Assembly: GCA_964357635.1 (NCBI GenBank)
Contig: CAYHLZ010000001.1
Span: 198,674-262,673, forward strand
DNA length: 64,000 nt
Origin: an uncultured Candidatus Saccharibacteria bacterium
Lineage (GTDB): Bacteria > Patescibacteriota > Minisyncoccia > Phycocordibacterales > Zambryskibacteraceae
Direction: 5' to 3'
Shown here: in pieces, positions 56,694-64,000 of the stretch
How the letters are laid out: each line of letters starts with the position of its first letter
Position numbering within the stretch: the first letter of the stretch is position 1
The notes under the pieces: model-generated
Told to the model about the DNA's origin: nothing
Seen by the model: only the letters and a program-made list of their open reading frames with translations
Databases searched by the model: none
Position numbers and translations under genes: made by a program

Positions 56694-57557
56694 ATGAAGA
56701 AAAAGATACTGGTAATACTTGGACCCACGGCCTCTGGGAAAAGTGCGTTGGGAGTAAGACTTGCTAAAAAATTTGGCGGAGAAATTATCTCTGCTGATTC
56801 TAGGCAAATTTATCGCGGGCTTGATATCGGGACAGGGAAAATCACTAAAAAAGAAATGAGGGGTGTTAAGCACCATCTTCTTGACGTGGCCAGTCCCAAG
56901 GAGCAGTTCTCCGTAGCTGAGTATAAAAAATTGGCAGAGGAGAAAATAAACAAAATTAAGTTCCCTATTGTTGTGGGCGGTACTGGATTCTATATAGACG
57001 CTCTTGCAGGAAAGGCTAGTTATCCTGATGTGCCCCCAAACAAAAAGTTAAGAAAAAGGCTTGGCCAGGAATCTGCAGATGAGCTCTTTAAGATTCTAAA
57101 GAAAAAAGATTCACGGAGGGCACAAACAATAGACCGACATAATAAGGTTCGTTTAATAAGAGCACTTGAAATCATTGAGGTACTGGGCCAAGTTCCACCT
57201 ATTCTTAAGTTCTCAAGAACATCAGAATACCAATTTATATACATTGGATTGAGGCCAGATGATTTGGAAAGAAGAATTTACAAAAGGCTCGTAAAAAGGA
57301 TTTTGGGAATAATTCGGGAAACAAAGAAATTGCCCTTCAAGCGCGCTTACGAATTGGGGCTTGAATACCGCTATGCTGCTTTATATTTAAAGAAAAAAAT
57401 AAGTAAAAAGGAAATGGTCGAGAGACTTAACAGAGCCATCCGAGAGTACGCCAAGCGACAGATGACCTGGTTCAAACGCAACAAAGAAATTAAATGGTTC
57501 AAACCAGAAGAATATAAAAAGATAGAAAAGTTCGCCAAATCAAGACTTTTGGCTTAA
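56694..57557 (+). CDS. miaA: tRNA dimethylallyltransferase
   Basis: GPTASGKS, SADSRQIY..LDIGT.K, VGGTGFY, YAKRQ.TWF. Confidence 0.96.
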   Translation: MKKKILVILGPTASGKSALGVRLAKKFGGEIISADSRQIYRGLDIGTGKITKKEMRGVKHHLLDVASPKEQFSVAEYKKLAEEKINKIKFPIVVGGTGFYIDALAGKASYPDVPPNKKLRKRLGQESADELFKILKKKDSRRAQTIDRHNKVRLIRALEIIEVLGQVPPILKFSRTSEYQFIYIGLRPDDLERRIYKRLVKRILGIIRETKKLPFKRAYELGLEYRYAALYLKKKISKKEMVERLNRAIREYAKRQMTWFKRNKEIKWFKPEEYKKIEKFAKSRLLA

Positions 57558-57569
57558 TGTTAGAGACAA

Positions 57570-58784
57570 ATGAGTATAGACAAGATATTAAAAGAGCTTG
57601 AGAAGTGCGAGTACAAAGTATCCACCGACACCAGGAAAGATATTAGTGGCTCTATTTATTTTGCTCTGAAGGGAGAAACCCATGACGGTAACCACTTTGT
57701 AAAAGATGCTCTGGAAAAAGGTGCGGTAGTGGCTGTTACGGATAAAAAAGAAAACGCTGGTGAGAATGTGTATGTGGTAGAAGACAGTTTAAAAACGCTT
57801 CAAGAAGTAGCGAGAAAATATAGAGAACAATTCAATATTCCTATTATTGCTATAGGTGGCTCAAATGGGAAAACGACAAGTAAAGACTTGGTACGCGATG
57901 TATTGAAAACGAAATATAAAGTTTTTGCCACAGCGGGTAATTTAAATAACGAAATCGGTGTCCCCCTTTCAATACTTTCCATAAAAAAAGATTGTGAGAT
58001 AGCAATAATTGAAGTTGGCGCTAACCGCAGAGGTGATCATAAGTTCTTACTTGATATGGTGAGACCAACACACGTTGCGGTTACAAATAACGGCATGGAT
58101 CACCTTGAAGGATTCGGCTCCCCTGAAGGTGTAAGGATGGCCAATAAAGAAATATATGATTGGGCACTCCAACACTCGGCCACTGCTTTTGTAAATAAGA
58201 AACACCCAGACTTGGTTCTGGATTCAGAAGGAGTTTCGCGTGTTTTGTATCCTGAAAAAGAGCTTGAATATAAAACGAAACTTGCCGGCGATTACAACAG
58301 AGAAAACATTGAACTTGCTTTGGCCGTGGGAAACAGTATGGATGTAAAGACAGAAGATGCCCTTAGAGCTATTGCTTCATATGAACCGTCCGGAAACCGC
58401 TCACAAGTTATAACAAAAAATGGGATAAATTTTGTCGTGGATTGCTACAATGCTAATCCTTCAAGCATGAAGGCTTCTCTTGAAAGTTTCTTGAAAGATT
58501 CCAAGAATCATAAAGGTGTTGTCTTGGGAGACATGCTAGAACTCGGAAAATATTCTCTAGAAGAACATAAGAAAGTGGTTAAATATCTTTCAGAGCAAAA
58601 ATTAGATTTTCTGGTATTTGTCGGAGAGGAGTTTAAAAAAGCGCTTGTTGGTGAGAGTTTAAAACATCTGTGGTTTCCAGATTCAGAAAAAGCGAAAGAC
58701 TGGTTTAGAGGCGAAAAATTTGACGGCTTCACCTTTCTCCTTAAGGGTTCGCGAGGGATGAAAATAGAAAAAATCTTAGAGTAA
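57570..58784 (+). CDS. murF: UDP-MurNAc-tripeptide--D-Ala-D-Ala ligase
   Basis: TDTR, GSNGKTT.K, NN.IG.P, D.YNANP.S, GDMLELG, KGSRG. Confidence 0.95.
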   Translation: MSIDKILKELEKCEYKVSTDTRKDISGSIYFALKGETHDGNHFVKDALEKGAVVAVTDKKENAGENVYVVEDSLKTLQEVARKYREQFNIPIIAIGGSNGKTTSKDLVRDVLKTKYKVFATAGNLNNEIGVPLSILSIKKDCEIAIIEVGANRRGDHKFLLDMVRPTHVAVTNNGMDHLEGFGSPEGVRMANKEIYDWALQHSATAFVNKKHPDLVLDSEGVSRVLYPEKELEYKTKLAGDYNRENIELALAVGNSMDVKTEDALRAIASYEPSGNRSQVITKNGINFVVDCYNANPSSMKASLESFLKDSKNHKGVVLGDMLELGKYSLEEHKKVVKYLSEQKLDFLVFVGEEFKKALVGESLKHLWFPDSEKAKDWFRGEKFDGFTFLLKGSRGMKIEKILE

Positions 58785-58787
58785 CTT

Positions 58788-58861
58788 TGGCGGGCGATGA
58801 GGGAATCGAACCCCCGACAGCGGATTTGGAGGCCGCAGTTATGCCACTTAACTAATCGCCC
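58788..58861 (-). tRNA. tRNA-Trp(CCA)
   Basis: GGGCGAT/ATCGCCC acceptor stem, CT CCA AA loop, encoded CCA. Confidence 0.94.
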
Positions 58862-58884
58862 TAGAATTGCTATTTTAACACAGA

Positions 58885-59058
58885 CTAAGCCTTTTTCTCC
58901 TTATAAACGGTGTGTTTGCGGACAATAGGATTATATTTCTTTAATTCAAGTTTGCGCTCTACAGATTTCCTGTTTTTGCGCGAGTAGTAGGTGTGACCCT
59001 TGCCCTTCCCCTTTTCGTCCCCTACAGAGACTAGTTTTATTAGATGGTCTTGCGACAT
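58885..59058 (-). CDS. rpmG: 50S ribosomal protein L33
   Basis: IKLVS, Y...KN, KLELKKYNP..RKH..YKE; zinc-free type. Confidence 0.95.
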   Translation of the reverse strand: MSQDHLIKLVSVGDEKGKGKGHTYYSRKNRKSVERKLELKKYNPIVRKHTVYKEKKA

Positions 59059-59074
59059 AGCCAAATAGGATACA

Positions 59075-59902
59075 CTAGGACAAATATTTTGCAAATTTCC
59101 CCATAAGGTCTCTTGTAATCTTACCGACTAAACCATCGGCTATCTTGAAGTTATCAACTTTTACCACGGGCACAATATCTTTAAATGAAGCAGTGATGAA
59201 CACTTCGTCAGCGGACTTAAGTTCTTGAAAACTAACTTCCCTTCTCTCAACCTTATAATCTTGTTCTGCAAGCTTTAAAACAATTTTACGAGTTATACCC
59301 TCAAGAACTTCTTCCTCTGGTGTAATAAGAACATTGTCTTTAATTAAAAAAATATTACTTGTAGCACACTCTAAAACCTTACCCTCGTTAACATATAAGA
59401 TTTCTAATGCACCGTTTTCATTCTTAAAATTTTGCAGACTAGCACCCATGATGTAGTTGGTGGTCTTAAGCTTGGGCATTTCGCGCTTATATTCATGCGT
59501 AATGAGCTTAGCACCTTTTTCATAATTTTCTTTCGGTAGAGCCTTCCACTCTTCAGCGAGCATATAGAAAGTCGGTTCATCAAAATTGTGTTCTATGCCA
59601 TTGATGACCCTTCCGCCTGTAAGCACAATCCTAATACTTGCCCTAGTAGTAAACTCTGACTTTTTAACTATTTCAATTATTATTTCTTCTGCTAGTTTTG
59701 CACTTACTGGTACCTTTATGTTTAAAGCTTCTGCGCCACGAATAAGTCTTTGCCAGTGGTCACTAAAATGAAGTGGTTTAGTGTTTATTACGGCAAGTGC
59801 TTCATACATACCATAACCACGTAATAAGCCGATGTCTAAAATAGAGACCTTTGCATCTCGCAAGGGTAATATTTCTCCATTAAAAAAGCAATACTGGTTC
59901 AT
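59075..59902 (-). CDS. Class IV PLP aminotransferase (IlvE/D-amino acid aminotransferase-like)
   Basis: D.G..RGYG.YE, H..RL, K..NY, E...SNIF, LEGITR, ADEVFIT. Confidence 0.92.
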   Translation of the reverse strand: MNQYCFFNGEILPLRDAKVSILDIGLLRGYGMYEALAVINTKPLHFSDHWQRLIRGAEALNIKVPVSAKLAEEIIIEIVKKSEFTTRASIRIVLTGGRVINGIEHNFDEPTFYMLAEEWKALPKENYEKGAKLITHEYKREMPKLKTTNYIMGASLQNFKNENGALEILYVNEGKVLECATSNIFLIKDNVLITPEEEVLEGITRKIVLKLAEQDYKVERREVSFQELKSADEVFITASFKDIVPVVKVDNFKIADGLVGKITRDLMGKFAKYLS

Positions 59903-59920
59903 CTGTGTGTTTTATTATAC

Positions 59921-59944
59921 CCTGCCTGCCTGCCGGCAGGCAGG
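59921..59944. repeat. Intergenic GC palindrome
   Basis: Perfect 20-nt palindrome CCTGCCTGCCGGCAGGCAGG at 59925-59944 with an extra CCTG unit. Confidence 0.85.
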
Positions 59945-59992
59945 GCAAAGTTGTCTTTCCACTTTCGCTCTAGTAAAGTAAGAATACTTCAT

Positions 59993-61441
59993 ATGTCTCA
60001 GAAGAAAACAATACTCGTAACGGGTGGAGCGGGATTTATCGGCTCACACCTCTGTAGGCGACTGGAAAAAGATGGGCACAGAGTAATTTCGCTTGATAAT
60101 TATTTTGCAGGCAGACGAGAAAATCATGTCTCTGGGGTGGAATATAGAGAAGGGCACACTAAAGATGTTGAGGCTCTAGTGCCGGAAAAGATTGATATTA
60201 TCTTTCACCTTGGAGAGTATGCTCGAGTAGAACAAAGCGTGCTTGAAAAAGAGGTGGTGCATAACCTCAATGTCATTGGCACAAGGTCTGTCTTGGATTT
60301 CTGGAAAAAACGTGGTTGTAAACTTGTCTATGCTGGTTCGTCCACTAAGTTTGGCGATGATGGAAAAGCAAGAGAAACCACACCCTATGCCTCAACCAAA
60401 GCCAGAAATACAGAAATAGTAAAAGAAATTGGCGATGTCAAAAGACTTCCCTACGCCATAACTTACTTTTACAACGTATATGGTCCTGGTGAGCGGTCAG
60501 GAATTTACGGCACGGTCATAGAAATTTTTAAACAAATGTATTTATCGGGTTCCCCTATCACAGTTGTAAAACCGGGCACACAGACTCGTAACTTTACCCA
60601 CGTTGACGATATTGTGGATGGACTTATTCTGGTGGGAGAAAGAGGGCAAGGAGACGAATATGGTCTTGGTAATGAAAAAATGTATTCCATACTAGAAATA
60701 GCAAAAATGTTTGGTGGCGAAGTCATGCTCCTTCCGGAAAGAACGGGAAACCGCATGATGTCTGGTTTAGACACAAAGAAATCAAGAGGGCTTGGCTGGA
60801 GTCCGCAAAGAAGTGTAGAAGAATATATACGAGAGTTTGTCGCGACAAGTGCTCGTGGCGACAAGAAAGAGAAACGAGTACTTGTCTTTTCAACAACTTT
60901 TCTACCGATTACCGGCCCCGCTGAAGAAGCACTCATTGAACTTATAAATAAAATGCCCGAGGTGAAGTTTGACATCGTGACATCCTGTTTCTCACCATAT
61001 ACAAAAAATCCAGTAGAACAAAAAAATAATATTACTATTCACAGAGTCGGCTTCGGACATAAGACCGACAAATATCTTCTACCTTTTCTTGGTTACCGCA
61101 GAGCCAAGAAGCTCCACGCCGAACATAAATATCTTTTCACTTGGTCTATCATGGCAAGTTATGCGGCTTTGGCGGGAGTCTTCCTCAAGCGCAGGTTAAA
61201 ACTTCCTCTACTCATCACGCTTGCTGATCACGATATCACCGAGATTTCACCATTTTTCATAACTATACTTAAAGCAATTCTTTCCGATGCAGATCAAGTT
61301 TACGGAGAAAGCAGACAAGAAGAACATGTAAAAAAACTTATTGGCAAAAACTTGAGAAAATCAATGGGAGAAGGAGATGCCTTCGCCAACCAAATCCGCT
61401 TTCTTTACAGCAGTATTTTATATCATACGCCAGGTAAGTAA
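59993..61441 (+). CDS. NAD-dependent epimerase/dehydratase fused to a GT4 N-terminal domain
   Basis: TGGAGFIG, Y...K, NVYGP, RNFTHV; the C-terminal ~200 aa resemble the N-terminal half of the 62171 GT4. Confidence 0.85.
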   Translation: MSQKKTILVTGGAGFIGSHLCRRLEKDGHRVISLDNYFAGRRENHVSGVEYREGHTKDVEALVPEKIDIIFHLGEYARVEQSVLEKEVVHNLNVIGTRSVLDFWKKRGCKLVYAGSSTKFGDDGKARETTPYASTKARNTEIVKEIGDVKRLPYAITYFYNVYGPGERSGIYGTVIEIFKQMYLSGSPITVVKPGTQTRNFTHVDDIVDGLILVGERGQGDEYGLGNEKMYSILEIAKMFGGEVMLLPERTGNRMMSGLDTKKSRGLGWSPQRSVEEYIREFVATSARGDKKEKRVLVFSTTFLPITGPAEEALIELINKMPEVKFDIVTSCFSPYTKNPVEQKNNITIHRVGFGHKTDKYLLPFLGYRRAKKLHAEHKYLFTWSIMASYAALAGVFLKRRLKLPLLITLADHDITEISPFFITILKAILSDADQVYGESRQEEHVKKLIGKNLRKSMGEGDAFANQIRFLYSSILYHTPGK

Positions 61442-61446
61442 TGATA

Positions 61447-61478
61447 AAAGCGGGCGCCTCTCGGTAGAGGCGCCCTTT
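61447..61478. terminator. Bidirectional terminator between convergent genes
   Basis: GGGCGCCTCT...AGAGGCGCCC flanked by A and T runs. Confidence 0.75.
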
Positions 61479-62106
61479 ACTTTAGGACATCGTGTTCTTG
61501 GAGTTCTTTCTCCAGAGACCCGATATCATGGTGGAAACCGTGATAGACGATTCCGTGTCCGCCAAGGTTTTTCCAGCTGTTGATATTGCTTTCGTAATCG
61601 TCCACGAGGATTGCTTCGTCGGGACGAACACCTGCAAGCTTTAGCGCATATTCGTAGATACGGGGTTCAGGCTTTGAGGCTCCGACTCGGTACGAGAGAA
61701 TGTGGCGCTCTCCTGGAATGTGTTTGAAGAGAAATGGATGCTTCTTGAAGTAGCGTTCGTAGTGAATTTCGTTCGTGTTGGAAAGAAGATACATCACCAC
61801 TTCAGTCCGCACCTTTTCAAGTAAAGTGTCCAAACCTGCAACATCTTCGAAAAAGATATCAGTGTAATACTCCTCGAAGAGTGCCTGTGGGATCTCTATC
61901 TTGGTCCGAGCCATAAACTCGTGGTAATAGTCTTCAGGTGAGATATCACCGCGATCGAAGGCTCGGTACACGTCGTTTTGAATCTGGTTGAGTTCCCGAG
62001 CAGGGAGCGTCGTGTATCCTTCACGGATAAGCCTTCGATAGAAGAACTCCATGTGAAAGGTTGAAAAAACATTTCCGAAATCAAGGAACAGCGCCTTAAT
62101 AGACAT
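61477..62106 (-). CDS. HAD family phosphatase (YihX-like)
   Basis: FLDFGNV, LSNTN, KPEP.IY, VDD...N. Confidence 0.9.
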   Translation of the reverse strand: MSIKALFLDFGNVFSTFHMEFFYRRLIREGYTTLPARELNQIQNDVYRAFDRGDISPEDYYHEFMARTKIEIPQALFEEYYTDIFFEDVAGLDTLLEKVRTEVVMYLLSNTNEIHYERYFKKHPFLFKHIPGERHILSYRVGASKPEPRIYEYALKLAGVRPDEAILVDDYESNINSWKNLGGHGIVYHGFHHDIGSLEKELQEHDVLK

Positions 62107-62170
62107 ATCTTTAGTCTCCTTTTGAACAGTTTTGACCAGGGACAGCTTAACCTATAGTATGAAAGAGTCA

Positions 62171-63385
62171 ATGCCTAAAAGAATACTTATATTCTCTCTC
62201 GCCTATTTTCCTAAACATGTCGGTGGTGCCGAGGTAGCTATTAAGGAAATTACAGACAGGATTCCCTCTTCTCTCTATGAATTTCACATGGTGACGCTTC
62301 GTTTTGATTCTACTCTCCCTAAAATGGAAAAGGTCGGTAACGTTTTCGTGCATCGCATTGGATTTGTAAAAAGGAATCCAACTATGGCAGATTTGCGTAA
62401 ATTCCCTCTTCACTTTAATAAATTGCTGTTTCAGTTCTGGGCTTTTTTCAAAGCAGCAACACTCCACCGTAAACTTGATTTCTACGCTACCTGGGCAATG
62501 ATGGCGCACTCCTGTGGAGTACCGGCAGCACTTTTCAAATTAAGTCACAAAAAAGTTAAATATGTATTAACCCTGCAGGAAGGCGACCCGCCAGAGTACA
62601 TAGAACGTAAGATGTTGCCTCTTTTCCCATTGTTTAAACGTGCCTTCACTTCTGCAGATATGATACAGAGCATTTCAACTTTCCTCGTAACATGGAGCAA
62701 GAAGATGGGGGCAAACTGTCCGACTGTGGTGATACCAAACGCGGTCAACATAAAACACTTTTCTCAAACCTACCCTACAGAAGAGCTTAATGGAATAAAG
62801 GATAAATTGAAGAAAAAGAAAAATGACGTTTTCCTTATCACTACATCAAGATTGGTGAAAAAGAATGCTTGCGACGACGTTATCAGGTCTCTGACTCATC
62901 TGCCCAAAAATTATCACTTCATCATCTTGGGAACTGGACCAGACGAAGACATGTTGCGCGCACTTGCCAGAGGTCTCAAGGTAGAGTCACGAGTACAATT
63001 TTTGGGTCAAATTGGACACGCAGACCTACCAAAGTATCTTGTGGCAAGTGATATTTTTATCAGACCCTCGCTCTCTGAAGGTATGGGGAACTCGTTTGTG
63101 GAAGCCATGGCGGCCAAACTCCCAGTTATTGCAACACAAGAAGGTGGTATTGCCGATTTCCTCTTTGATCCAGAGCTAAATACTGAAAAAGACCCCACAG
63201 GGCGGGCGGTAAAGGCACGTGACCCAGAAGGCATTGCCCGAGCAGCTAAACTATACATAAGTGATAAGGCAATGACAGAGAAAATTGTGTCCAATGCAGA
63301 GAAAATGGCACGGGAGAAATATGACTGGAATCTTATCGCCAAAGATATGGAAGAGAAGGTCTTTGGTGCTCTGCTTAAGGTCTAG
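62171..63385 (+). CDS. Glycosyltransferase family 4
   Basis: GGAE, IPNAV, SRLV.KN, PS.SEG.G....EAMA. Confidence 0.93.
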   Translation: MPKRILIFSLAYFPKHVGGAEVAIKEITDRIPSSLYEFHMVTLRFDSTLPKMEKVGNVFVHRIGFVKRNPTMADLRKFPLHFNKLLFQFWAFFKAATLHRKLDFYATWAMMAHSCGVPAALFKLSHKKVKYVLTLQEGDPPEYIERKMLPLFPLFKRAFTSADMIQSISTFLVTWSKKMGANCPTVVIPNAVNIKHFSQTYPTEELNGIKDKLKKKKNDVFLITTSRLVKKNACDDVIRSLTHLPKNYHFIILGTGPDEDMLRALARGLKVESRVQFLGQIGHADLPKYLVASDIFIRPSLSEGMGNSFVEAMAAKLPVIATQEGGIADFLFDPELNTEKDPTGRAVKARDPEGIARAAKLYISDKAMTEKIVSNAEKMAREKYDWNLIAKDMEEKVFGALLKV

Positions 63386-63675
63386 AGAAAAAGAACGAAT
63401 ACTAAAAAAATTAGGACGAAACAGGCAAACGTTCCAACAGTTTTAAGAAAGAAACTTACGGCTTCTTGTCTCTGGTTATCAAGATGTAGGCGAAGCGGTT
63501 CATAGACAAAGAGATATCCCATAACTGCGGCAGATAGAACAAAGAGGCTCAACATTAGTATCGGCATAAGGATCGTCTCCTCGCGGCCGTCAGGATCAAT
63601 GCTGAACATAATTGAGACAATAAAAACAATATACAAAGCTGCGAATAACGCGTTTAAGAACGGATTTTTATTCAT
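63382..63675 (-). CDS. Small 3-TM hypothetical protein
   Basis: Hydrophobic; 'LSLFVLSAAVMGYLF.Y.P'. Confidence 0.72.
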   Translation of the reverse strand: MNKNPFLNALFAALYIVFIVSIMFSIDPDGREETILMPILMLSLFVLSAAVMGYLFVYEPLRLHLDNQRQEAVSFFLKTVGTFACFVLIFLVFVLFL

Positions 63676-63690
63676 ATTTATTTCTGGCGA

Positions 63691-63951
63691 TTAGTCTGCG
63701 GCGTAAACTTCCGTGCCCTCCTTCGCGCTTTGAGATAATTTCACGGCCACCTCATCTCCTTTCTTACCTGACTTAACCGGCTCGTGGTCAAGTTGCATAG
63801 AAGAAATAGTTTCGGAAAATTGCTTATCTCCTCGCTTAAACTTTACCTCGTCTCCAACCTTAAGGGCCTTGTTTAGCTTAATAACCGCTACACTGATTTT
63901 GTCGTACCAGTGGTTTACTTCGCCAAGTTTATTGCTTTTTGCTTTTGGCAT
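63691..63951 (-). CDS. Small beta-barrel protein (EF-Tu domain 2 / U32 C-terminal-like)
   Basis: G.V.HWY.KI.VA, LKVGD, SMQ.DH..V. Confidence 0.78.
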   Translation of the reverse strand: MPKAKSNKLGEVNHWYDKISVAVIKLNKALKVGDEVKFKRGDKQFSETISSMQLDHEPVKSGKKGDEVAVKLSQSAKEGTEVYAAD

Positions 63952-64000
63952 ACCCCAAATGCTACACCCCCAATATACTTTTGCAACTATTGAAAAACCG

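Noticed and set aside
354-63342. Numerous short ORFs antisense or out of frame to confident genes, including those overlapping tRNAs (5335, 46390, 46441, 56598)
   Set aside because: Shadow ORFs with no motifs that overlap well-supported features.
1-64000. CRISPR array, integrase, transposase, prophage, rRNA or stop-codon reassignment
   Set aside because: No regularly spaced repeats or recognisable motifs; conserved genes are uninterrupted and several end in TGA.

Overview
Chromosomal segment of a compact, AT-rich bacterium that looks like a Patescibacteria/CPR (Parcubacteria-like) genome. This taxonomy is inferred from gene style and content; TGA is used as a stop. Housekeeping genes: rnj, pyrG, purF, ftsEX, murA, murF, dnaX, dus, serS, dprA-topA, rel, parB, miaA, rpmG and four tRNAs (Gln-CTG, Gln-TTG, Leu-CAA, Trp-CCA). 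Accessory content: a 2927-aa cyclic beta-1,2-glucan synthase, a 1276-aa surface protein and a two-operator CsoR/copper cluster with many uncharacterised Cys-motif proteins. The most unusual signals are: (1) a co-oriented array of single-gene cassettes behind tRNA-Gln(TTG), led by a small GIY-YIG nuclease and punctuated by copies of the tRNA 3' end, with no integrase in view; (2) GC-rich palindromic micro-insertions that are exactly 21 nt and in frame in three protein genes; (3) two tandem promoter-structured RNA-terminator units at about 41.5-42.0 kb; (4) miaA starting on the base right after the CCA of its substrate tRNA-Leu; (5) pervasive leaderless gene architecture. All protein calls come from motif recognition, not database searches.
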